Below are positions 26,930-40,020 of a stretch of 64,000 bases of DNA, one piece after another. The notes below the pieces were generated by a model. That model did no database searches and was not told the DNA's origin. It saw only the letters and a list, made by a program, of their open reading frames with translations. Source of the stretch: Octopus sinensis (Eukaryota). Position 1 is the first letter of the stretch. The number at the start of each line of letters is the position of its first letter. The position numbers were made by a program, and so were the translations under genes. The DNA lies in NCBI RefSeq assembly GCF_006345805.1, contig NC_042999.1:139004001-139068000 (forward strand), in the 5' to 3' direction.

Positions 26930-27250
26930 ATCATCATGATTGTTGTTTAACGGCCGCTTTCCATGCTCTCATGATTGGCTGGTTTGACTGAGGATTGGCA
27001 AGCCAAAAGGCTGCACTAGGCTTCAATCTGATTTGGCAAGGTCTCTACAGCTGTATGCTCTTCCTAATGCCAATTACTCTGTGAGTGTAGCAGGTGCTTT
27101 TTATGTGCCACCGGCATGGGAGCCAGTCAGGCAGCATTGGCAATGACCACACTTGAATGGTGCTTTTTACATGCAACCAGCATAGGAGCCAGTCTGCTGG
27201 CACTGGCATCGGTCATGCTCAAATGGTGCTTTTTACGTGCCACTAGTATG
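26930..27250 (-). mobile_element. RTE 3'UTR fragment (decayed)
   Basis: catcatcatgattgttgtttaacggccgctttccatg... and repeated gtgcttttta(t/c)gtgccac units. Confidence 0.8.
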
Positions 27251-27709
27251 ACAAAATGGACTGAGTGGAACAAAGAGTTGTTGAAGAGGTCATAAGATGT
27301 GTGACAAAAGCACTTTGGCAAAGAAACAAAAATAAGCTGAAGTAAAAACCAAACATATAGTGTATGTGTTTAGTTTGATTGGCAAAATATGACTATCCCA
27401 ATGTATAATATATATATTTAGTAATAGGGACTCAGAGAATCAAACAGACTTTACATTAAGCTCTAGAGTTGATGTCTTCAATCACCATGTATCTATACCC
27501 TTCTATATATGAGTATGCACACATGTATATATGTATTTATATATGTTTGTATATGTATATTTTATAGGTGTGTTAATATTGATGTAACAACTATCATATA
27601 ACGAACAAGATTATAAAACAACTGTAAATATATAGAGCAAACATCTACTCTCTCATATGACTTCTCTCATCACTGATGTATATGAGTGTATGTGTGTGTG
27701 TATAAATAA

Positions 27710-27754
<45 letters not shown>

Positions 27755-27759
<5 letters not shown>

Positions 27760-28035
27760 CCTCCGTCTGGCCTCCGTGCCGGTGGCACATAAAAAGCACT
27801 ATCCGATCATGGCCGTTTGCCAGCCTTGTCTGGCACCTGTGCCATTGGCACGTAAAAAGCACCCACTACACTCACGGAGTGGTTGGCATTAGGAAGGGCA
27901 TCCAGCTGTAGAAACACTGCCAGATCAAACTGGTCTGGTGCAGCCTTCTGGCTTCCCAGACCCCAGTTGAACCGTCCAACCCATGCTAGCATGGAAAGCA
28001 GACATTAAACGATGATGATGATGATGATGATGATA
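27755..28035 (+). mobile_element. RTE 3'UTR fragment next to (TA)n
   Basis: Ends catgctagcatggaaagcagacattaaacgatgatgatgatg. Confidence 0.85.
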
Positions 28036-28452
28036 TATATATTTCATCTCAGGGGCTTACAGGTTCTGACAAGTAATGTCTGGCTTCTTTTGAACTTAGT
28101 AGAAAGAACTCAGAGAAAAATTCTGAGAGTAAATATAATAGTTAAAACTTTTGATTCTAAAGAGCTCAAAGCAAAACAAAACCTATTCAGTTGGACTAAC
28201 AATTAAACAATTATAGATCATATTTCATATTTTATTGTTTTTGTGGCACTCAGTCAGTTGTGATGATGAGGGTTCCAGTTGATCCGAAGTTTATCACACA
28301 GTTACTTATTTCTGTAATTTTGTCTTAGATTGGCTGACTGAAAACTCAGATTTTCAATTCTATTTTACTATTATCAACATTTGCTGTCTCGTTAAATTAT
28401 GCTACACAAATCCCAAAAGAATATTTTTCTATCTCGAGTTCTGACCACTACC

Positions 28453-28567
28453 CCCTCTCTCTCTGTGCCTCACTGTCTCTCTTTCTCTGTGCCTCACTGT
28501 CTCTCTCTCTCGGCCTCACTGTCTCTCTCTCGGCCTCACTGTCTTTCTGTCTGTCTGTCTGTCTCTC
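28453..28567. repeat. GCCTCACTGT(CT)n minisatellite, 4 units, grading into (CTGT)n
   Basis: Direct reading of the sequence. Confidence 0.85.
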
Positions 28568-28609
28568 TATCAATTACCACTTGCTTTGCCAAGACTTCTT
28601 CCTCTACCA

Positions 28610-29770
28610 CCACCACCACTCTATATAAACTAGCACATGCACTTGGATTCCCCGACTCAATTTTTTTTTTAATACCTCTGCCTCAGGAATATGTATCCAG
28701 AAGATGCTCTCATCTAAATTTGCCTCCCACTCCCTCCACCTGTACCGGAAGTTCCTATCATCAGTCATCCTTTGGTTGTCTCCCATGAACACTTCTAAAG
28801 GCTTTATGCCATCTCCACCCCTACTTAGGGTTTATCTCCTATGTAAGGTAGTGATCATATAGTGCAAAAGTATGATAGTGTAGTGTATGCAGGTTGAATT
28901 GAAGGCTATTGTTTGTTTATGAATTCTGCCAAATACAAGCTTTCTTTTCAGGTACATGATGCTGCTGTCCCCCATCCCAGGGTCTCATGGGCCCATGCCT
29001 CTCACACCCTCAGGGTTGGCACTCAATGTCGGCACACTGAGATGTGTTGATATGTGCTGCCTCCAAAAAGTAATGTAGAGAGGAGGTCCACAAGATTCCT
29101 CACAGGCAAAGAACACAGGTACAAGATTTTCTGGGCAGGGAACACTGACAGGGTTGGGGGCATAGGTATACTTCTTGCAGAGAAATGGGTGGATAAATTA
29201 ATTGAGGTAATCAGAGTATGCGACAGAATACTTAAGATTAGATTAGTGCTTCATCATGGGTTAGCAACCATTATCTTGGCCTAGCCCCTCAGCCAGGGCT
29301 ACCCAATGGACAGAAAGACCGATTTTATGATATCCTCTTGCAGATTAACTCATTGACGAATGACAGGGACCTTATCTTTGTGGCTGGTGGCTTCAATGGA
29401 CATGTTGGACAACATACAGGGGGTTTCCATGGCGTATGTGGAGGCTACAGCTTTGGTTCCCGCAATGAGGAGAGAACCAGTCTGCTAGAGTTCTGCGATG
29501 CAAATAATCTTATGGTTTGCAATACTAACTTCAGAAACCTGCCAGTCACCTAGTCACCTACTGTTCTGGCAGACACACTAGCCAAATTGACTGCATCCTC
29601 GCCAGAAAAAGGAAAAGATGGCTGCTTATAAATGCCAAAACCTTCCAGGGTGAAGAATGTACCCCATAACAATGTACCCTAACCCTAAGTGGATGCCCAG
29701 AAGACAACCAGCATGGAGGAGAAGGGTCTGGAAGCTTAAAGATCCTGTGAATGGACAGAGATTTAGAAAA
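28610..29770 (+). mobile_element. 5' part of an RTE LINE: putative UTR plus disrupted AP-endonuclease
   Basis: Frames give LRVGTLNVGTL, GGIGILLAEKWVDK..RVCDRILKIRLVL, LIFVAGGFNGHVG, GSRNEE..LLEFCDANNLMVCNTNF, with stops and frameshifts. No RT downstream. The 5' boundary is approximate. Confidence 0.85.
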
Positions 29771-32017
29771 CTGTTTGGTAAGTGCTGATTTATAAAGCAC
29801 TGAACCCTTATTCATGTATCTAGATACATAACTCTCTCTCTCTCTCTCTGTCCAGCTATCTTTTTGTGTGTGTGTGTGTCTATAACCTTGTGTTAGAACT
29901 CAATAATGCATATGGTTCAGAATAGATCATTACTTGGATACAGAGGATAATATGAAATTAGGTAAATGACAAAGGAATAGGAAATTATGCAATAAACTTC
30001 ATTAGCTTGTAGATGTTTCTGCTATAAGATGCAGTGCACTCAAATCTGAGTGCTTGTGCATCACCCTACAGCTTTCTCAGTGCTTCTAACATGAAGTAAA
30101 AAGTAATGACGATCATTCCATAATTTCCTGTTCCTTTTTCATTTATTCAATTTCATTGGGAAACAGATGTTAAAGGATGATGATAGTGATAATGATCTTT
30201 AGTTACACTTGTTTGTTAAGATCATAAAACAATTGCATCAGGATAAATTCATTTTAGTTAATTTAATGTTTTATTCCTTTTGATTTTATTGTCACCTTTC
30301 TATAAAAAGTCTTGTTATAGATAAATGATCTGATCACTGATACTATTTTCTTATGTCTTTACAATATGTGTTAGTTTTTTTTTTTCTTCTTGCAACACTC
30401 TTTGAATACTATGATCTCTATCAAGTGAGAGTGCTACTTACTCTTAATTATCAACAAGATTAATTACAGTACGTAAACTACTCCAAGTTTATGTCAAAGC
30501 TTGAATTCTTTACCATTTCCGGCTGATACGATTGCTTTTAAGCCTGCTCAGTAAACCACTGTTTAGAGGTTATTTATAAGTTGCATTTAGCCTATAAAAA
30601 TTGCATAATTTGCCAATCTTAAATGATCTGAAGATGTCAAACATTAAAATTTTTTAGTAAATCTGGATTTAAATGTAGTCATGATGTTAGAGAATAATTA
30701 TTCTGAGAACAGTCCTTGTTCCTAAAGAAAGCAGACCCAAGATACCTTCAACTAAATGTATTAACACCCATATCAGTATCTTAGTGAATAATGACATCAT
30801 CAACTCTGTCAGCTTCAAGAGATGGGATTTATACAATTTAAACCCTTAAAAAGATATAAGCAGTCTAAGTGAAATAGCAGCAACCAAGGATGAATTGGTT
30901 GTAGACTGTTAAGTGGGACATTATTTCTAGTAAGTGATCAACACTCATACACAAACATAAACCTTTAAAGCCCTTTAAATATAAAGTAAGTGTGAAGCAA
31001 AAACCCTAGATAGGGCTGAAACAATTTAACCAGTATTTTGTTAAGAATTCTTCAGTTTGATAATATGAGTCATAAAATGTGATAAATTGTGATAAAACTT
31101 CCCCTTTGTTATTTGCTTGAATACAATCATCTAAAGAAAATGCCAGTCCTTAATCACAAATATTCTATAGGAAATGAATTACTTTACAAAAGACCATCCC
31201 CCAAACTAAGATAATACTAAAGCAATACAATGGGAATGCCTGATAGATATTGTAAATGATAACAGGGCTCACAGTAAACAAGTTGCCAGGCAACAAACAC
31301 CTGTGTTTTGTAATTGTTACTGTTCATATCCATTTAGAATCTCATTGAGATTTTAAGACCATATCATGTTAAAGTGTATAAAATATGGGGATATGTTGCT
31401 ATATATCAATATATGGACAAGCTAAGTTTATGCCAATTTGGTCATTATTATCAGTTGTTTGTGTCAATATATTCTTGTTAGTAGCATATTTGATGGACAA
31501 TTAATGCCATAATTAAGACAGTTAACTAATTCAGAGACTTATATATACAGCCTGGACATTTTAACCCGAGATATTAAGCAAGTGCATGTGCATCTAAGTT
31601 TATGAACCTATCAGTCACATTATGAAAGGTTGCTAGGATGGCTTAAATCAAGTGATTCCATGGTATTAGCTTTCAATAAAAAGCTGCATAGACATGGGTA
31701 TAGTTATTACAAGTAGGTGTCTTGACAAACATAACACTTATGTTACATTTAATTAAGTTATATTAGATTACCATAAGTAAATATTTGATATGTCATGCAT
31801 AGATCTCTGGGAATGAAAATTTCATGAAGAAAAATTTCAACTAAATCATGAAATATTTCTCCTCTTCATACTTCTTTCATATTGATTTGATTTTTGCTGG
31901 TGCAGAGTACCACATTCTTTCAACTTGAAATTATGTCTGATTAGTACTTTGGTGTTATGTCTTGCATCAGGTTTTGGTAACGTTCACTGTAGAAGTCAGT
32001 GAAAGAAATTATGTATT

Positions 32018-32350
32018 CATCATCATCATCATCATTTAATGTCCACTTTCCATGCTTGCATGGGTTGGACGGTTTGACTGAGGACTGGTGAGCCAGAAGG
32101 CTGCACCAGGCTCCAGTCTTGATCTGGCAAAGTTTCTACAGCTGGATGCCCTTCCTAACACCAACCACTCCAAGAGTGTAGTGGGTGCTTTTATGTGACA
32201 CCGGCATGAGGGCCAGTCAGGCAATTCTGGCAATAATCATGCTCAAAAGGTGTTTTTTACATGCTACCTACATAGGAGACAGTCCACCGGCACAGACAAC
32301 GACCACGCTCAAATGTTGCTTTCATGTGCCACCAGCACATGTGCCAGTAA
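32018..32350 (-). mobile_element. RTE 3'UTR fragment
   Basis: (CAT)n followed by ttaatgtccactttccatgcttgcatgggttggacgg. Confidence 0.85.
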
Positions 32351-32865
32351 GGTGTGTTCAATATAATTTGTTTTAGCAACTGAATTTTCTCTTAAATTTT
32401 TTTTTTATTTAAACTTGGATCACACAATGTGACTGATTCACAGTAAAGATGGGACCTCATTATGTAAATTGGTTCATTAAGATCTGACCTCATCATGTAA
32501 ACCAGTCAACTGTTATGTGATTTCGTTAACATGAACCTATCCACTAAGATGAGATCTTATGATGTATATTGATATGAATTATTTCCCAATACAGATGAAC
32601 TGGTATGAAGATCTGAGGCTGCATCAGCTCCTACAACTATACTGTTGGTTTCCATAAAGCTGGAATAAAGAGTTTCATTTTGGATGACAAACATTTTTTA
32701 ATTTTAAAAAGAAATTTTGGTTACTGTACCAGAAGGCTGAAATCTTTATAAAGAAATTCACTTGCCTGTTTGGCCTTTTAGGTGTGTAAGTGGTGTGTGT
32801 ACATATGTTAGTACACACACCACTAAATTATGTTAGTAGTGAACTTGTTAAAATTTGATACTTAC

Positions 32866-32996
32866 AAAGTCAGTGTGACTGTAAGACATGGTTGGTTCTG
32901 GTTTTGGTTCTGGTTTGGATTCTGGTTTGGATTCTGGTTCTGATTCCGGTTCAGGTTCAGGTTTTTTAGGACCTTTTTTCTTGAAACCAAAATCAA
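32866..32996 (-). CDS. Galectin 5' exon: xDFGFKKKGPKKPEPEPESEPESKPESKPEPKPEPTMSYSHTDF (Lys/Pro/Glu-rich segment; internal ATG at 32889-32887)
   Basis: Acceptor atattttcAG at 32998-32997, donor GTAAGT at 32865. 131 nt, phase 1/0, in frame with the 25843-25931 exon. Whether the part upstream of the internal ATG is translated is uncertain. Confidence 0.8.
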
Positions 32997-33267
32997 CTGA
33001 AAATATCAGAAAATTAATATAAAATTTATGACACATTTGAAAGAGGAAAATTAGGAGAAATAGAAGAAATTTGGTGTAATAGCAGTCAGTGTATTTGTTT
33101 CATTCTGCTCAAATTCCTCAGAAGCTGATAGCATAAATAATAGCAATATACTGTGTTGAATGCAATCAATGATAAGTCTTCTCTTCGACATTTGTCCTTG
33201 CACCTGAATATAATTTTATTACTGACTGAACAGTTTTGTATATCATCTAAATCAATAATAAATTAAA

Positions 33268-33465
33268 ATCTTGGTATAAGTCCAGTAATTTTGAGGGAGG
33301 GGCAAGTCAATTACATCAGCCCCAGTACTCAACTGGTACTTATTTTATCAATCCTGAAAGGATGAGAGGCAAAGTTGACCCTGGCAGAATTTGAGATCAG
33401 AATATAAAGACAAATGAAATGTCTTTAAGCATTTTGCCCAGCATGCGAACAGTTATGCTAGCAAA
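33268..33465 (-). mobile_element. SINE family B copy (heavily CpG-decayed)
   Basis: gtcaattacatcagccccagtactcaactggtac versus atcgattatatcgaccccagtgctaaactggtac at ~45417. Confidence 0.8.
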
Positions 33466-36084
33466 TAATAATAACAATGATGATAATAATGATGATGATG
33501 ATGATGAGCTTATTGTATATAGTACTCAGATGCACAACTTGTTAGAAAAAGGATGAAAGAGGGACCAGAAAGCAACAATAAGTCAATCAAAAAGTCAAGT
33601 AAGGAAAGACAGCAAAAGCTAGAAGTGTATGCATCGTACACAAAATAAAACATAAAATAACTGAAAAGCAAACAGTTGAAGAGCCATAAAAAAGAAAATG
33701 TGCTTTGGTATTTGGTTAAAGATCATTAAAATAAGAACTAGACTGAAGTAAGTACAGGAGTTGATATGATTGACAAAAATTTTAGAAGACTGTACTCCGC
33801 TATGGCAGAGTACATTCATTAGTCTAATGAATGAAACCACAAAACTATAACATATATACATTACAGTGTAAATTCACTACACTGTTCTTACAGAGTTAGA
33901 GAGTGAATTTTTACTTAAGTTTTGAACCATGTTAATTTAAAATTATGTTGATTGATTTAATATTTCTAAGCTAGCATGAAAGAGGGCGGTTTTTTTTTTA
34001 TATATTTGCTTTCTGTTGGAAGAATTGTGGAGATAAATGTCCTTTCTTGCAATCACTGAGCCAATCAAGAATTAGCAATATGAGCTGTGCCAATCAGTAA
34101 TACCGTGATGATGTGGTTGCTTGAACAAATAAAAATAGCAGCTAAATTTCAACTCACACCTACTGTCTTAATGAAAAAAACTCACTGAATCAGGAAGTTC
34201 TAGAAAAAGGTTATCTGGGATGGCCTCAGCTGGAATGTTTTTTAATTGTTTTTCATCAGGACTGATTTCAAAAAATAATTAAGAACAGGTGCTTTGATAA
34301 TTAAGGTAGGTAAGTCACACAGAACTTGAACTCTGTAACAACATATCAGTGCTGTTTGAACTGTTGTCCAGCACCTTTGATAGGTAATTTAACATTACAT
34401 GTGTGCAAGTATGCACATGCAAGCACACATCGTATCAAAATTAATATAATCATGGGAAATCTGTCATTAAAAGATGATTATTATTATAAGGAGTCCAGTC
34501 ATAATTATTCATATACAACCTTCTGGATGGTCACTTGAGGCTTTAAGTAGTTGCTCAGCTTAGAAATAGCATTCATATGTCCCTCAAATCATAATCTACT
34601 GTCTTAAAGAAGGATAATTTGGATAATAGTCATAGATATACTAAAAGGCCATAATTGGAGTGCAATCAAAGCTGACTTGAAATGAGCAGCCGCTCTTTCA
34701 GATTGCATCTGATTCCTTCCTCTATATCTCACAGTGTCAAGGACATATGCTCAGAATATGTACTAACTTCCACAAAATTTTCTCTCTGTGTCATATTTCC
34801 TACATAATTTATAAAAATAGCAATCCGTTGCTAAAACATATGGCAATTATTTTATGAAATCATCTCTGAAATTAACTCATTTTCAGCACTGACATTAGAT
34901 AGCAAGTATAAAAAAAACTGACAGTTCTCCTCTGCTGTGTCAACTGCTTCCTTATTGTTCACTTAAGAAAATACAGAATAAAGTAACTTCAATATTTAAA
35001 TGCCCCATTATTAACTGTCTAAATGCATGAAATGAGTAACCAAGGTTATATATTTTTCAGCTTTATCTTTAGATCTGAAACATTTTTCAATATATGCATA
35101 TCCATTATGCTTCAGTCTCTGGCCATCATCACGATTTGAAATCAAAGTTCAAATTGACAGCAAAACGTCGGTATAACTTTTGAAGAAAAGACTTTTGGGT
35201 CTGTTGTTTGATACTATGCCTTCTCAGCTATTTGCCCATTATTGGCCAATGATTAACTTTATCACACTTTAAATCTGATTGTGAAACCCCTTAAAGATGA
35301 TCAGTATTCAAAGTAACCTCATCATAATGGCTGATAAAGGCTTACTGATTCACTACAAACCCTGGTCTACAAGTGTTATGTCACCTCATTCTGTCAATTT
35401 TATCACTTTCACTACTACACTCTTTGCTCTGCTGAGCTAGCTAGTTACATACCATTTCTATCTAAGTTAATTTGCCATATTGGTCTCTTTTTTAGCCTTC
35501 ATACTCATCTCCATCAGATGCCACACAAACCATTATACTTCCTCCTCAGAATGCCAGTTCCCTGGGATTATCTTTCTGGAATTACGTTTTTTACTGTAGA
35601 AATTGACTCAGAGATGTTCACATTGACCACCCTTAAAAATAATTTGACCAGTGATTTATGAAGGACATAGGTACTGTCCTGCATTAGATTAGTAGCAGAG
35701 AACATATGATCAACATGGGTACTCCCTTGCATCCTGTTTAAATCGTAAGTAAATAATAAGACAACAACAAACACATCAAATAAATAATCATATAGGTTAT
35801 AGACAAAATAGCTGAGTGCTAAGGTACTGGGCTATCAGCTAATATGTTTTAGGCTTGAATAGATTGCAGGTACTTCCTTGTATATTTGAATAGTACAAGT
35901 AATTGTACATGCACTGTTTCATTTATCAGAAAACGGTATTATATTTTGCCAGATGCAGCCCAATATAAATATTTTTCAGGATGAGATGCCAATCTAAAAT
36001 GTCATGAAAACAGTTGAGGACATGACATTCTGAATATATTTTGATAATGGAGATATATTCTGCAAAAATATCTTGTTTGTTTTT

Positions 36085-36130
36085 AACACAACGTTTCAGC
36101 TGATATACCCTCCAGCCTTCATCAGGTATC
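36085..36130 (-). ncRNA. Minimal type I hammerhead ribozyme (left copy)
   Basis: Minus strand GATAC CTGATGA A GGCTG gagggtatat CAGCT GAAAC GTT GTGTT: conserved core, stem II, palindromic AACGTT stem III, GUU triplet. Confidence 0.7.
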
Positions 36131-36444
36131 TTGGGGAAATTTCAAACAACCGTCCAACCCATGCTAGCATGGAAAGTGGACGTTAAACGATGATGATGAT
36201 GATGATGATTATTATTCAGGTCACTGCCTGGAATTGAACTCAGAATCTTGGTTAAGCCCATGCTCTTAACCACTACACCATGGGCATATGGCATAATGAT
36301 TAAGAGCGCAGGTTACTAACCCCAAGATTCCAAGTTTGATTCCAGGCATTGATCTGAATAAATAATAATAATAATAATAATAATAACAACAACAACATCG
36401 AAAAATACCTTAGGAATGAGAACCCAGGTTTGAAATTTCCCCAT

Positions 36445-36490
36445 GACACCTGATGAAGGCTAGAGAGTATATCAGCCGAAACATTGTGCT
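36445..36490 (+). ncRNA. Minimal type I hammerhead ribozyme (right copy)
   Basis: GACAC CTGATGA A GGCT agagagtatatc AGCC GAAAC ATT GTGCT. Position 16.2 is changed G>A, consistent with CpG decay. Confidence 0.65.
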
Positions 36491-37153
36491 AACGACAAAC
36501 AAGATGAGGACAAATATCTGTCAAATGTAAATGATGTAAGTAATGTAAATAATGCCAATATTGCTAATATCAATGAGTTATGGAATGTAAGAAATAGTAG
36601 AGTACCAGATTAAATGCCTTACAGTTTAAACCCCACAACACTTTATCTTCTTTCTTGAGCGTCAATAAAAGGACAGTACAGATATGCATTAGAGCTGGGT
36701 AAAACCTCCAAATTTGTAGCCTTGTTCCAATGATAGAAATCAATATCAATCCTTTTGATAGTTTTGTACTACAGAACTAGAAGTTGTTTCAGATAGTTTA
36801 CTGTTTTTATAGTGTTTATATTTAAATTAAAATGTGTCATAATTATATGTACAAAATTTTAGCTATGTTCCAAATGGCAACTTAATAATGGAGTAGTTTG
36901 TTGTTTTATTAAAACCTTTGAAATTCATGATTTTTCAAAATTCATGGAAACACAATATTCAGATGAAAAATGGACACGAAAGAGTTAAGCTAGCAAAAGC
37001 TTAAACTGAAATTGAAATTTCAATGTTCTGACACAGAACAATCTTTTGATGGCCGAATCATCACCGCCATCAGATATCATCTGTTCTAAGCAGGTTGAAT
37101 ATCATGGGTTATATCCTGATCTTTCTTTTGTTGTCCTTATATATTTATTATGT

Positions 37154-37410
37154 GGAGGCATGTGGCTTAGTAGTTAGGGTGTCAGCACCATGATCGTATG
37201 GTTGTGGTTTTGATTCCCGGACCGGGCGACGCATTGTGTTCTTGAGCAAAACACTTCATTTCACATTGCTCCAGTTCACTCAGCTGGCAAAAGTGAGTAA
37301 AGCTGCGATGGACTGGCATCCTGTCCAGCTGGGGAACACATATGCCATAGAAACTGGGAAACCGGGCCCATGAGCCTGGCAAGGCTTTAAAAGGGCGCAT
37401 TTATTATTTC
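37154..37410 (+). mobile_element. tRNA-derived CORE/V-like SINE
   Basis: A/B-box-like head, TGTGTTCTTGAGCAAAACACTT, then CTGCGATGGACTGGCATCCTGTCCAG. Confidence 0.75.
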
Positions 37411-39752
37411 TTATATACATTTATTATATTTAACCTCTGTTCAACTTTTCATATTATCCATCTATGTAATTCCCTTCCTTTCTTCCCATTTATTTTGCCT
37501 TCTCTCGTAATATTTGTAGACCATTTTTTACTCAAATGTGTCCAACAAAATGTCTTTAGTTTTTGCCATTTTTAGTGCTTCATCATGAATTTTGTGCCTG
37601 GTCTATGATAGCAAATTTTCTTTATACTAACATCTCAAAACCATGCAGTTTATTTGATAATTAATGTCTGTTTCAACTACATGTAACAGAGTGGGACATA
37701 TAACTTTTCAATAATTTTCTTCTGGTTTCAGTGTTAATGTCTCTTGATGTTAGTATATTTGATATTTAGTAGAATAACAGACTGAATAGTTTGGTAACTT
37801 GTTTATCTTAAGTAGATAACACACCTAACCTACCATGCTGTGAGACTGATAAAGACAGTGACACAGCTTGATTAGTTCCTTACCAGTGAGTAATGAAGAG
37901 ATTAATCTTCTTCAACAAGTCTGAAGTTCATTTACTAAATAAAGTATTTCAAGGAAATGCTTATAAAGGACTATCTAGGCTATACTTAGAAATATTGAAG
38001 TTGAGTGATTAAGAAAATATAACATTCTTTCAAATACCATGGCTTAAAAAAACAAAAAACAAAATGAAAGCAACTTGCCAGTGTACATGTTTTGATTAGT
38101 GACACAGAGCAAAATTCAAAATTTGGTTGTGCAGATCCTTAAGCTGAATGATTTTCTTTGACTAGACTCAAAGCCATGAAGGGCAAAGTTGACAGTAGCA
38201 GAATTTATACCATAAAACCAGATGGATGAAACATTGTATTAGCTTTATGTTTTTTTAAGTAGCTTGTCCAAGAAGGACAAGGGACATCCATGATCTTTGC
38301 AGGACGAAACATTTACTCTTTTACTTGTTTTAATTCTTGGGTTTGTGGCCATGTTACAACACTGTTGTCTGTCCACAAAACTCATTTTAAAATGTTTATC
38401 ATAAGAATAAATTAACCTAGATCTTTCATTAGAAAGAAAAATTGTAAAATATATAAAACAATAATAAATAATGAAATCGATAGATCTATTGAATTAGAGA
38501 AGACTTTATTGAAGGTGATTCTGTAAGAGAAGCCAGTATAATTAGCCAACTACATCAGTAGCAGTATAGTATTGTTAATTAAAAATAGTACTGTTTCTAC
38601 CATTACTTGTAAGTAAAACACGTCAGACCAGTCTAGAATGTTCTCTCAAAATTCAAATTTTAATCTCCCCTCTCCATTATTATTAAGTTATTCTTTCTTT
38701 CTCTCTACCAAATACTTATCAAATTTTAAAATGAATTTGAGCCAAAAGTTAATTTGACCAAAAGATAATTCGGTGAAAGTATTTAGTCTACATTCTATGT
38801 AGATATCTTATATCAGTCCAAGATTCCACTCCCAACCAAATAAATGAATAAAGGTCAAACAATCTAGTTATACAAAAAAGAAATTGCTGACTTAACTCAG
38901 ATTTAGTTTCTACTTAAACAATACTATGCCAAATTTTAACAACCTGACTTATCCACTGTTGGGGTTTAACCCAAATGTGAAATTGAGTATCCCCTCAGGA
39001 ATGTAACTCAATTACACTGGTGGTATTTGATAACAAAAAAAAAAAAAATTAAATTAAAAAACAAAACAAAAGGGGGATATAGAAGGGAGGGAGACTGGTA
39101 ATATAAGGAGAAAGAGAGGTCACCTTACACCAAAATGTTCTCTTCTCTGCACTGCAGATATTTGTGACTACACAAATTTTGTCGATACAGTTCTATAATC
39201 AGCCTAACCAACACACATACAAATAATTATTGATTTGGTCAGTGAAGTCTTGGTAAATTTCATTCAGCCAAGTTATGTCAAGATTGCACCATCAGTTGTT
39301 TAAGGTAGGCAACTTTCCAAAATAAAGTTCAACTGCAGTATTTTGAGCAATGCAGCTGATAATAACATCAATACAAGAATCTTGATGTTATATTCAAAGG
39401 AGGGGTAATGAGAGGGAAAACAAAGAGGAATGAAATGGATTAATACATATATTTAATTTTTTAATCTAGATGCAAGACTACAAATGTTTTAAGTGAGGGG
39501 ATTGGCATTTACTTTGGTGGGATTTGAACATACATTACAAAGGAGCCTAATACTGCATAGCATTTTGCCAAAGTCTTCACCAATTCTGCTAATCCACTTC
39601 CAATGCTGTACTCTATTGATTTTTCACACTCTCTAACATCTGAGGATAAAGATATCATAGAAAATTACTATTCTCAGTACTTCACTGCAATTGGGAAAGA
39701 CAAAAAGACATGTTTTTAAAAGAATTTGAAACCAGGATGTAAATACATGAAT

Positions 39753-40020
39753 GGAGGTGCAATGGCCCAGTGGTTAGGGCAGCGGACTTGCGGTCGGAGG
39801 AACATGGTTTCGATTCCCAGACCGGACGTTGTGTGTGTTTAGTGAGTGAAAACACCTAAAAAGCTCCACGAGGCTCCGGCAGGGGTTGGTGGTGACCCCT
39901 GTTGTACTCTTTCGCCACAACTTTCTCTCACTCTCTCTTCCTGTTTCTTGAGTAATGCTGCGATGGACTGACATCCCGTTCAGCTGGGGGAACATATATG
40001 CCACATAAACCGGGCCATGT
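39753..40020 (+). mobile_element. tRNA-derived SINE related to 37154-37410
   Basis: TGGCCCAGTGG A box, GTTTCGATTCC B box, shared GCTGCGATGGACTGACATCCCGTTCAGCTGGGG 3' part. Confidence 0.75.

Larger units (their letters stand above)
36067..36503. mobile_element. Palindromic back-to-back dimer of a tRNA-headed, hammerhead-containing non-autonomous element
   Basis: Outer inverted repeat 36067-36147 / ~36427-36503 and inner inverted repeat ~36209-36285 / 36284-36362. The heads overlap at GC 36284-36285. The left copy carries an RTE 3' fragment at 36148-36208. Confidence 0.8.

Noticed and set aside
35505-37080. Other phase-1 start-exon candidates (ATG A|GTATGA at 35505-35508; MISDG G|GTGATG at 37065-37080)
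   Set aside because: Weaker donors, located in CpG-depleted intron DNA with no promoter-like context.
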